Below, one piece after another: positions 18,254 through 26,823 of a stretch of DNA of 64,000 nt (within the stretch, counting starts at the first letter, position 1; the number at the start of each line of letters is the position of its first letter). A program made the translations under genes and the position numbers. The notes below the pieces were generated by a model, which searched no databases, had not been told where the DNA came from, and saw nothing but the letters and a program-made list of their open reading frames with translations. Source of the DNA: an uncultured Bacteroidales bacterium (GTDB lineage Bacteria > Bacteroidota > Bacteroidia > Bacteroidales > VadinHA17). The stretch covers positions 266,370-330,369 of the forward strand of contig CAVXEU010000003.1 of assembly GCA_963760915.1 (NCBI GenBank), given 5' to 3'.

Positions 18254-19483
18254 TTAATACCTGCCGGGAATGTTCCGGATAATGTTGGTAATAGTATTTA
18301 CTGCTTTTATCATTGAATTAACAGGAATGAATTCATATTTGCCATGGAAGTTATGACCTCCGGCAAAAATATTCGGGCAGGGTAGTCCCATAAAGGATAT
18401 CCTTGCCCCGTCGGTACCACCTCTGATAGGTTGAATAAGTGGTTTAATGCCTGCTTCAGTCATAGCGTCAACAGCCAGTTCAATTATGTGATAATGAGGT
18501 TCAACTTTTTCCCTCATATTATAATACTGGTCCTTAATGTTTATCGTCACTCTTCCGGTGCCATATTTAAGGTTAAGAAACTCTTTTACAGAATTCAGCA
18601 ATCTCTTCTTAATTTCAAACTTCTCTCTGTCATGATCTCTTATCAGGAATCTGAGTTTGCTTTCTTCAACAGTCCCTGTGAAATCCATCAGATGGAAAAA
18701 GCCTTCTTTACCGGTGGTATATTCAGGTTTTTGATCATTCGGAAGCATATTAATCAATTCATTGGCAATATTGATAGAATTGATCATCTGGTTTTTAGCA
18801 GTGCCAGGATGCACATTTCTTCCGCTGATGTTGATGGTAGCCAGAGCTGCATTAAAATTCTCAAATTCAAGCTCGCCAATCTGACCACCATCAATGGTAT
18901 AAGCAAAATCTGCCCCGAATTCTTCAACATTAAACCTGTCAGCACCTCTTCCGATCTCCTCGTCAGGAGTGAAGCAGATTCTTATTCTGCCATGTTCAAT
19001 ACCCGGATTCTGAATAAAATATTCCACTGCAGTAACTATCTCCGCTATCCCGGCTTTATCGTCTGATCCCAGAAGCGTGGTTCCGTCAGTCGTTATAAGA
19101 TCATTTCCTTTATAATATAGCAGTTCTGGAAAATCTGCAGGAGAAAGAATTATTTTTTCCTTCTCATTAAGGATAATGTCTGAACCATCATAATCCTGAA
19201 TTATCCGGGGATTAACGCCATTACCACTCATATCAGGACTTGTATCCATATGGGCTATTAAACCCATTACCGGAAGAGTACTCCTGAAATTCGATTCAAG
19301 GGTGGCTGTCAGGTAGCAATTATCATCAAGTTTAACCTGCTCCAGACCTATGGAGTTCATCTCCTCTTCAAGGAGTTTTGCCAGGGTCCACTGTTTATCA
19401 CTTGAAGGACATTTATCTGATTTTTCATCCGATTGAGTATCGATCTTCGCGTACCTGATTAACCTTTCTGCAACTTTTTCCAT
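18254..19483 (-). CDS. pepT: Peptidase T (tripeptide aminopeptidase, M20B)
   Basis: The sequence MEKVAERLIRYAKIDTQSDE...AHMDTSPD...GSDDKAG...FTPDEEIGRGA...GGTDGA is typical of PepT. I prefer the ATG at 19483. The track start 19519 is a TTG. Confidence 0.85.
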   Translation of the reverse strand: MEKVAERLIRYAKIDTQSDEKSDKCPSSDKQWTLAKLLEEEMNSIGLEQVKLDDNCYLTATLESNFRSTLPVMGLIAHMDTSPDMSGNGVNPRIIQDYDGSDIILNEKEKIILSPADFPELLYYKGNDLITTDGTTLLGSDDKAGIAEIVTAVEYFIQNPGIEHGRIRICFTPDEEIGRGADRFNVEEFGADFAYTIDGGQIGELEFENFNAALATINISGRNVHPGTAKNQMINSINIANELINMLPNDQKPEYTTGKEGFFHLMDFTGTVEESKLRFLIRDHDREKFEIKKRLLNSVKEFLNLKYGTGRVTINIKDQYYNMREKVEPHYHIIELAVDAMTEAGIKPLIQPIRGGTDGARISFMGLPCPNIFAGGHNFHGKYEFIPVNSMIKAVNTITNIIRNIPGRY

Positions 19484-19608
19484 AACTGATAAAAATTGAT
19501 TTATCAGTAAAAATAGCAAAAATGGTCTTTAATTCAGTATACACTAAACAGAGGATTTATAATCAATAAAATTTACCTCATTGACTGTTGAAACAAAATA
19601 TCCGGCTG

Positions 19609-22131
19609 TTACCTGAGTACTACATTGCCAATGAGGACCCTGCCGCTTTTCCAGAATCCCCTGAAGTAAGGATCGTCGGTAATATATATAACCTCACCTG
19701 TTCCGATGTTCTCTGAACCTAAAACAAGTGTATTCTTGATTTTGTCCTTGTATTTGAATCCTGCAAATCCCGATACCGGCTCTTTGTTCAGGATATAGCC
19801 TATATTACTGCCTTTTTCAAGGAACGGATACCCGGCAGTCCTTTTCATTATAAACCACTCTTTCCCCAGGCCGAAAGCATATGGATGGGTTTCATCGAGT
19901 CTGACCTTGTATATACTTCCGGCAGACCGGTCGGACAGGGTATATCGTTTTTCATCTTCATATTTTTTGAGGAGCGTAGTATCATCACTCTTCACTTTTT
20001 TCTCTGTAATTTTCAGTTCTGCGGTTCTTTTTTCAATCGCTTTGGCAAGGGAAGTCGTTTTATCTCCCGCAAAAACCGAAATAGCATTTTCCATTGCAAT
20101 TGCCCTGCCGCCTCTTTTTACATAATCAAGAATTGTGTCTTTAAGTTTCGGGTAACTGCCTGAGGTAAGGATCAGTACATCATATTTGCTAAGATCGGCA
20201 TTTTCTTCATTGCTTATATTTATAAGTGTTACAGGATAATTAAGTTCGCGCTCAAAGAAATACCAGAGTTCTCCGACTGAAGCAGATGAAGTTCCTTCGC
20301 CGCAGAGCATGGCAACTGCTTTCCTTTTCATAAGAGGGGAATATCCTGATCCGAAGTCTTTTCCACTGTCTACCAGCCCGGTTGATGTTGCAACAAGCTG
20401 GACCTGGCAGTTATTGGCAGCTTCTGCCACTATTTTGTCAAAATTGTTTTCAATATGCTTATTGTCACCTCTGGCAATAATTATGCTACCGCGGTTGTAA
20501 CTGTTTCCGTTCAGGGTAAATGGCTTCAGTGAATATCTTAGCTTTATATTCTTTTTGTACAATGCTGCAATAAATTTCAGCTCATCAAATCCTGAAAAAT
20601 TTGTCACATATGCATAATTACTTTTTTGTCCTGCCATGTTCACAGTTTTTTTTACAGCGACCTTCCCGGTGTCAGCAGAAATCTTACCGGTGAGGGCCCA
20701 GGCTTTAAGATTAAAGACATAAGGCAAAGCCCATGCTGTCAGATCGTAGCTTAGAGAGTCAGTAGCCCTGCTTTCAGGTTCAAACAACACCTGCATTAAA
20801 TGTGACTGTGGCTGATATGCACTGATAAGGATGTCTCCCTTTTCAATAGTTACCTCTCCTTCTTTTTTTGAAGAGTAATCCAATCCCTTGAATTTTTTCC
20901 CGGTGTTTCCTGCATAACTGTATTGAATCTGGTTTCCGTCAAGAAGCTGAAGGAGGCTTTCAATGTTTGATTTCTCATTTGATCCTTTGATAATTACTGA
21001 TTTATATTTGAACGCAGGATTTTCTTCACTGTCAGCAAAGTATTTATTAAACCCTGAAACCAGTTTTTCCCTGTTATCATATGCTACCTTTATTGTTGCC
21101 ATAGATGAAGTGAAATGGCCATCAATCCTGTCTTTCAGTGTCAGAGTATCTCCTGATTCACGTTTGTATGCAATACCGGAAGCGCCTCCTCCTCCCTGCT
21201 CATAAGTGAAGCCCATTGCTCCGTTGAACAGCGGCCAGGTATCGCCATAACTCGGATAGAACAGGTCGAAATTTTCCCTGGTGAAATATAGCCTGAACTT
21301 TTCATTGAACAGAGAGGCATTCCCGTTTCCCATCAGTTTGTGGAATTCATGTTGCCATGGTGTAAGCACATCGTGCCACGGATCGGCCCCGGGAGCAAAA
21401 AAGAATGTTGACTCGGGTCCCATTTCATGAAAGTCGGCATGAACCTGTGGCATGAACTGAGTGTAAAGTGCAAGCCTCTGCCTTGTTTCTGCCTGCGTCT
21501 GCCATATCCAGTCGCGGTTTAGATCAAACATATAATGATTTGAACGCGCCCCGGGCCATCCCTGGTTATGCTCCCAGGAATTTCCATCAGGATTAATATC
21601 GTAATTCATTGAAATTCTGTATCTTTCCGTATAGAGTTCATGTCCGTCGGGGTTCTGGCATGGATCTATAACAACAATACATTCTTTCAGATAATCAGGC
21701 ACACCTTTATATGAACCTGTTACAAGTGTGTATAGTGTCTTCATGGCAGCCTCCATACCAACAGCCTCATTCCCGTGAACATTATAGCTCAACCAGACAA
21801 ATGGGATCTGTTTCCCGGTGAAGCTGCCCTTAAGCAGACCGGTTTTTATCAGGTTATTCTTCCGGTATTCTTCAAGTTTTGAAAGGTTTTCTTCAGTTGA
21901 AACAAAACAAACTCCCAGTGTACGTCCTTCGTAAGTTGTGCCATATTCACGGTAGACAGCCATAGGAGATATTCCGGCAATATATTTGAAATACTCAACA
22001 GCCTTGTGATGAAAGGTGAACTGAGTACCAAGATCATAGCCTAGAAACTCATCAGGTGACTTAATTGTCTGGGATTTGATTGCCGGCATCATAAATAATG
22101 AAACCAAAAAAGCAAGAAGGGTCTTCTTCAT
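19609..22131 (-). CDS. Secreted M14-family zinc carboxypeptidase-like protein (large, 840 aa)
   Basis: The ORF has a signal peptide (MKKTLLAFLVSLFMMPAIKS). It shows M14-like NVHGNEAVGMEAAMK and ADFHEMG segments, followed by a long C-terminal extension. Confidence 0.75.
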   Translation of the reverse strand: MKKTLLAFLVSLFMMPAIKSQTIKSPDEFLGYDLGTQFTFHHKAVEYFKYIAGISPMAVYREYGTTYEGRTLGVCFVSTEENLSKLEEYRKNNLIKTGLLKGSFTGKQIPFVWLSYNVHGNEAVGMEAAMKTLYTLVTGSYKGVPDYLKECIVVIDPCQNPDGHELYTERYRISMNYDINPDGNSWEHNQGWPGARSNHYMFDLNRDWIWQTQAETRQRLALYTQFMPQVHADFHEMGPESTFFFAPGADPWHDVLTPWQHEFHKLMGNGNASLFNEKFRLYFTRENFDLFYPSYGDTWPLFNGAMGFTYEQGGGGASGIAYKRESGDTLTLKDRIDGHFTSSMATIKVAYDNREKLVSGFNKYFADSEENPAFKYKSVIIKGSNEKSNIESLLQLLDGNQIQYSYAGNTGKKFKGLDYSSKKEGEVTIEKGDILISAYQPQSHLMQVLFEPESRATDSLSYDLTAWALPYVFNLKAWALTGKISADTGKVAVKKTVNMAGQKSNYAYVTNFSGFDELKFIAALYKKNIKLRYSLKPFTLNGNSYNRGSIIIARGDNKHIENNFDKIVAEAANNCQVQLVATSTGLVDSGKDFGSGYSPLMKRKAVAMLCGEGTSSASVGELWYFFERELNYPVTLINISNEENADLSKYDVLILTSGSYPKLKDTILDYVKRGGRAIAMENAISVFAGDKTTSLAKAIEKRTAELKITEKKVKSDDTTLLKKYEDEKRYTLSDRSAGSIYKVRLDETHPYAFGLGKEWFIMKRTAGYPFLEKGSNIGYILNKEPVSGFAGFKYKDKIKNTLVLGSENIGTGEVIYITDDPYFRGFWKSGRVLIGNVVLR

Positions 22132-22268
22132 ATTTTATGCAAATGTTTAGCGGGTTAAATATAACCTTTTTTCAAATCAGCGAAAGTTTATTTCAATCTG
22201 CTTGTAAACAGTTTCTTTATCACTAAATCACAATAAGATTGTCAACACCTCAGAAAGAAAACAACTTG

Positions 22269-22973
22269 CTACACATGAAAATATGAATCAAGCCTTTTGC
22301 CTTTCTTCATCCTGTAATGAATAAACAGGAGTATAAGTGCAATCGGTAGAATTGAGGCTGCAACTATGGCAGACCACCTGATATCAACTTTATTAAAGAG
22401 ATATTTATCTATAAATACTTCACATACAATACAAAAGCCTGATAATACAAGGAAAGCAACAGCGAGGATATTGAATCCTTTAAAATGAGCTATTTTCCAA
22501 AGTAATGTAACAATACTGACAGAAATAAAAAGTGCAATGGTTACAGGGAGTCCTATTCCGTAGAACCAGTTGACTGGAGGTGAAAACAGGTTAAATGAGA
22601 AGAGCAGTGCCAGCACTGTAACCAGTAAGCCCGGAATAACAATAAAATATTTCTTAAATGCCAGCAGGATAAGCGTGAGGGATATCCATGCTGCAATTAT
22701 CGAAGCGTCCGCATACAGTGACCATGTCAGTTTTTTACTTAGAACAAAATCGACAATTGAGCACACCACAATTCCGGAAAAGGATATAATGACTGTAAGC
22801 TCCCAGAGATTTTTCCGTTTTTCTTTCTTGTGCAACAGAATTATATCTGAAGGATAATGGACTGAATCTTTCTTCACTTCGGCAGGTTCTTCCATTCCGA
22901 TTGCCGTTCCGCAAAGTGGGCATATAATCACATCCTCATCCAGTTCTACCCCGCAATTATTACAAAAATTCAT
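22269..22973 (-). CDS. Zinc-ribbon N-terminus plus polytopic membrane protein of unknown function
   Basis: The N-terminus MNFCNNCGVELDEDVIICPLCG has a CxxC-x12-CxxC pattern. About six hydrophobic helices follow. The start lies 11 nt after the stop of the upstream acyltransferase-like gene. Confidence 0.6.
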   Translation of the reverse strand: MNFCNNCGVELDEDVIICPLCGTAIGMEEPAEVKKDSVHYPSDIILLHKKEKRKNLWELTVIISFSGIVVCSIVDFVLSKKLTWSLYADASIIAAWISLTLILLAFKKYFIVIPGLLVTVLALLFSFNLFSPPVNWFYGIGLPVTIALFISVSIVTLLWKIAHFKGFNILAVAFLVLSGFCIVCEVFIDKYLFNKVDIRWSAIVAASILPIALILLFIHYRMKKGKRLDSYFHV

Positions 22974-22984
22974 AATAAAATATT

Positions 22985-24208
22985 TTACTTGTTACTCAGA
23001 ATTTTAACATGGATTCCTGCATCTTTAAAATGCCTGACGAATTGTTTCTCAAGCTCTGCAGATTGGGAAATATTACAAAAAGTAAGTCTAAGCTTATCCC
23101 GGAAGGTGACCATGGCGCAACTGATCTTAACGTGAGTATTGGGAGGCGTGGGTATCAGCTCGAATGATTCGATGCAATCCGCCATATCTTCAGGAATTTT
23201 CACGGCACCAAGGTTTGTCATTATACCGGAACACTGGTTTGACCCAAGCCTACGGTACACTGCGGAGATAGCCATCGATTTTATAAACAGTGGCAGTACC
23301 CTGATGAAAATACTTTTTTCATGACCTACATTTTGTGAAAGAAACCGTGATATCTGTTTAACATCTGCACCAGTCTGAATCTGGTGATGTACAATGCTCA
23401 ATATCTCTTCAAAAGTATAGGTTCCAAGCCTGAGGTCGATCTCAGGCAACACAAAGAGTGAAAAGTTACGCATGGTTTTGCTGGGAAATTTCTTCCGCAG
23501 ATTTACAGGTACTTCAATGCGTAAAACACCTCTTTTCTGAATATCCATTTTTGCCCTTTCTTCAAGATAGATGTTTTGAAGTGAAGAGAGATATACTGAA
23601 ACCACATATTCCGTAATTGTAACCTTATGGCTTCTGGCCACTTCAAGGAGCTTGTCCAGTGATAACTCTGATCTGACAATTTTCAGCCTCGGTTTTTTAT
23701 TCAGCCTGAATGGCAGATGCCATGCTTTGGTCAGCTTTCCCGGAGGGGGGATCTTCTTTTTGAAGAACCTTTTATAACCGTCTTCCATTTCACCCTCTTC
23801 TACCACACTGTCCGGCAGAACAATTCCTTCTGATGTACGGATTGTCTGGCCTGTCAGTTTTAAATAAGTGTATAATAAGGATTTAAGGTATTCGAAGGCG
23901 CCTCCGCCATCGGTAAGTATGTGGATAAACTCTACCGATATTCTGTTCTCTTTGACAAGAATCCGGTAGAGAGGTTCATTCCTTCTTTTTGCTGCAAAAG
24001 CAGTGCAAGGTATTTTTTCTTCAGTCTGGATACGGGGAAGCTGACTGTTATATTCAAGGTAGTACCAGAATAATCCGCTGCCGAGTGACACACTGAAATA
24101 AGGAAAGCGTTGTGATGTAATTTCAACTGCTTCTTTGATTGCTGAATACTTTACAGGCTTTTTGAGAGTTGCTGTTATCCTGAATACGGCAGTTAATTCT
24201 CCCGACAT
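22985..24208 (-). CDS. HxxxD-motif acyltransferase-like protein (condensation / alcohol acetyltransferase / WS-DGAT superfamily-like)
   Basis: The ORF contains VEFIHILTDGGGAFEY (HxxxDG). Coordinates run from the first ATG. The frame stays open a further 40 codons upstream (to 24328) and encodes ...ETGWFTLDNAAKLFPAI with no ATG, GTG or TTG, so the real start is uncertain. Confidence 0.55.
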   Translation of the reverse strand: MSGELTAVFRITATLKKPVKYSAIKEAVEITSQRFPYFSVSLGSGLFWYYLEYNSQLPRIQTEEKIPCTAFAAKRRNEPLYRILVKENRISVEFIHILTDGGGAFEYLKSLLYTYLKLTGQTIRTSEGIVLPDSVVEEGEMEDGYKRFFKKKIPPPGKLTKAWHLPFRLNKKPRLKIVRSELSLDKLLEVARSHKVTITEYVVSVYLSSLQNIYLEERAKMDIQKRGVLRIEVPVNLRKKFPSKTMRNFSLFVLPEIDLRLGTYTFEEILSIVHHQIQTGADVKQISRFLSQNVGHEKSIFIRVLPLFIKSMAISAVYRRLGSNQCSGIMTNLGAVKIPEDMADCIESFELIPTPPNTHVKISCAMVTFRDKLRLTFCNISQSAELEKQFVRHFKDAGIHVKILSNK

Positions 24209-24429
24209 AATTGCAGGGAATAGTTTCGCTGCATTATCAAGTGTAAACCACCCTGTCTCCTTAATAGATTTTGTATCGATATCCGTACTCTTTATTTTAT
24301 CAGGTAAATGTAGTAAATGTTTATGAATTCAAAGATTTATGATGTTCAGCACACGGAAGGAATTGCAATTAAAAATTCTTATTTTTGCTTCCCTGATTAA
24401 GAATATTCACACATTTTAATAGGTTATTT

Positions 24430-26595
24430 ATGGGAAGATTAAAAGTTCTTCGGATAGTAATTTGCCTGCTTCTGTCATTAACGGTTCAGAGAGGTACTGT
24501 CAGTGCACAAATGCCACAGCGTGGTGGAAACCAGGTTGCTGTAACAGGATGGTCAGACAATACTCATTACCTTTTCAGGACATTTGATGCAGACAGAAAC
24601 CCTGTAATTCAAAGTGTTGATATCAGGACCGGAAAGGGAGTCGTTATTTCTCCTGAAAAATCTGCAAGGGATATTCTGTCTCAGGCCCTGCCACGGGGAA
24701 TTTATATGACTATGGGAGATATAATAAGTCCGGATATGAAAAGCGTTATCATCGTAAAAGATAATGATCTTTTCTATTTCACCATTGGCTATAAAGAACT
24801 GAAAAGACTAACTAATGACAAAACGGAAGAAGTAAATGCACGCTTCTCTCCTGACGGGAAAAAGATTGCCTACACCAGGAGTAAGGATCTGTATGTTTAT
24901 GATCTGACAAAGAACTTGGAGACCAGACTCACTTATGATGCATCAGATAAAATATACAACGGATATTCATCGTGGGTTTATATGGAGGAGATACTGGGCA
25001 GGCCAAGCCATTATGCCGCATTCTGGTGGTCACCCGACGGGAACAGCCTGGCATATCTCAGAACTGATGAAACTGATGTGCCGGTTTATACTCTTGTCAG
25101 GCAGGACGAGCCTGATGGAATTCACGGACTTATTGAAGCTACCCCTTATCCATACCCGGGCGATCCTAACCCTAAGGTAAAAATGGGTATTGCGAATATT
25201 GAGACGGCCAAAACAGTATGGGTAAAAACAGATTACGGAATTGACCAGTATATTGCATGGCCCTTCTGGACACCCGATAGTAAAAAGCTTGCGATACAGG
25301 TAGTTAATCGCGACCAGAATGAACTGAAAATTATCCTGGCTGATCCTTCAACCGGTGACTTTGTACAGATTCACGATGAATACCGTAAGACATGGGTTGA
25401 ATTCTATGAGGATATTTATGTTATGAAGAATGGTACAGGGTTTATAGTACGTAGCTACAGGAATGACTGGGAGAATCTTTATTATTATTCATGGGATGGA
25501 AAACAGATTGCCCGGCTTACAAATTTCGGTTTCAGGGTTACAGGTATCGACAGGGTTGATGAAGATAATAAAGTCGTTTATTTTTCTGCAACCGGACCTG
25601 AATCTACTGACAGCCATGCATTCCGTGTCGGGATTGATGGCAGGAACCTTCTGCAGCTTACCAGCGGTGATGGAACACACAAAGTAAGCATTTCACCTGA
25701 TGGCTCTTACTATACCGATACCTGGAGCAGTATTTCAAGTGCAGGGTCGATAATAGCTTATAATAAAAACGGCAAACAGATACGCGATATCTATAAATTT
25801 GAACAACCCGCTTATGATCCATCCTTAAATTCAAAGGCTGAAATGGTCAGGATTATGACATCGGACGGACTGTTCAACATGCCGGCAATTATAACTTATC
25901 CGGTCAATTTTGACCCTGCGGTAAAATACCCTGTAGTTTTTACTATCTATGGAGGACCTGATTCAAAGAATGTTACCAACAGGTGGCAGGGAAGCAACCC
26001 TTCCTGGTATTCTCAGAATGGTATTATTACTTTTACTGTTGATCACCGTGGATCGGGTCAGTTTGGTAAAAAGGGGCTTGATTATCTTTATCGCTGTCTG
26101 GGAAAATGGGAGATTCTTGACTATGAAGATGCCGTTCGATGGTTGCGGTCAAAAGCTTTTGTTGATCCATCAAAGATTGGCATTACCGGGAGTTCGTACG
26201 GTGGTTATATGACATGTCTTGCTCTTACAAAAGGTTCAGATTTCTGGACACACGGATTTGCCGGTTCATCAGTAACTGATTTTCGTCTTTACGATGATGT
26301 TTATACTGAGCGCTTTATGGATACTCCTGAAGATAATCCAGAGGGTTACAAAGATGGCTCTGCTCTTACTTTTGTAAAGAACTACAAGGGAAAGTTATAT
26401 ATGACTCATGGAGATATGGATGATAATGTGCATATGCAGAATTCAATTTATCTTATTTCAAAGCTGGAAGATGAAGGCAAAATATTTGAATTTATGCTGT
26501 ACCCGGGTGGGCGACATGGATGGAGCGGGGCAAAAGCCATACATTCGAGAAACGAAGCAAATAGATTCTGGCTGAGGAATTTCTTTGGTAAATAA
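24430..26595 (+). CDS. Dipeptidyl-peptidase IV-like S9B serine peptidase
   Basis: A signal peptide is followed by an N-terminal beta-propeller-like region (FSPDGKKIAY, WSPDGNSLAY, WTPDSKKLAI). The C-terminal alpha/beta hydrolase domain has a GSSYGGY nucleophile and GDMDDNVH. Confidence 0.85.
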   Translation: MGRLKVLRIVICLLLSLTVQRGTVSAQMPQRGGNQVAVTGWSDNTHYLFRTFDADRNPVIQSVDIRTGKGVVISPEKSARDILSQALPRGIYMTMGDIISPDMKSVIIVKDNDLFYFTIGYKELKRLTNDKTEEVNARFSPDGKKIAYTRSKDLYVYDLTKNLETRLTYDASDKIYNGYSSWVYMEEILGRPSHYAAFWWSPDGNSLAYLRTDETDVPVYTLVRQDEPDGIHGLIEATPYPYPGDPNPKVKMGIANIETAKTVWVKTDYGIDQYIAWPFWTPDSKKLAIQVVNRDQNELKIILADPSTGDFVQIHDEYRKTWVEFYEDIYVMKNGTGFIVRSYRNDWENLYYYSWDGKQIARLTNFGFRVTGIDRVDEDNKVVYFSATGPESTDSHAFRVGIDGRNLLQLTSGDGTHKVSISPDGSYYTDTWSSISSAGSIIAYNKNGKQIRDIYKFEQPAYDPSLNSKAEMVRIMTSDGLFNMPAIITYPVNFDPAVKYPVVFTIYGGPDSKNVTNRWQGSNPSWYSQNGIITFTVDHRGSGQFGKKGLDYLYRCLGKWEILDYEDAVRWLRSKAFVDPSKIGITGSSYGGYMTCLALTKGSDFWTHGFAGSSVTDFRLYDDVYTERFMDTPEDNPEGYKDGSALTFVKNYKGKLYMTHGDMDDNVHMQNSIYLISKLEDEGKIFEFMLYPGGRHGWSGAKAIHSRNEANRFWLRNFFGK

Positions 26596-26640
26596 TAGCA
26601 GATTGTTTCTGATTTGATTTAAAATTAAAACAAAAATGAA

Positions 26641-26790
26641 TATCGGGAATTAATAATAAGCTCTCATTGATTTTCTTCGTATACCCCAACCCCATGGGGA
26701 GCGAAGAAAATCAATTTACTCCCCTTGGGGCTGGGGTAAATAAATTGATTTTCAAGCGCTTTAATATTTTATATTACTCATTCCCGATAC
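26641..26790. repeat. Compound palindromic intergenic element (nested and alternative hairpins)
   Basis: The outer inverted repeat is TATCGGGAAT (26641-26650) / ATTCCCGATA (26781-26790). A 14-bp perfect stem pairs 26666-26679 with 26702-26715. A 13-bp perfect stem pairs 26707-26719 with 26741-26753. The G/C-rich cores ATACCCCAACCCCATGGGGAG and CTCCCCTTGGGGCTGGGGTAA are near reverse complements of each other. Confidence 0.6.
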
Positions 26791-26823
26791 TCATAAGAAT
26801 AAATATTATCTGATATAAATAAG

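Noticed and set aside
18431-19066. 211-aa + strand ORF. Similar long antisense ORFs occur at 7858..8253, 31437..31823, 32215..32667, 32981..33382, 35156..35548, 36295..36666, 55006..55380 and 14587..14970.
   Set aside because: Each is fully embedded antisense in a CDS with strong motif support (pepT, TPR, pntB, aminopeptidase P, transposase, GH127-like, gltB, hydA). Their translations are low in complexity or rich in Cys, Phe and Ile, as expected for shadows.
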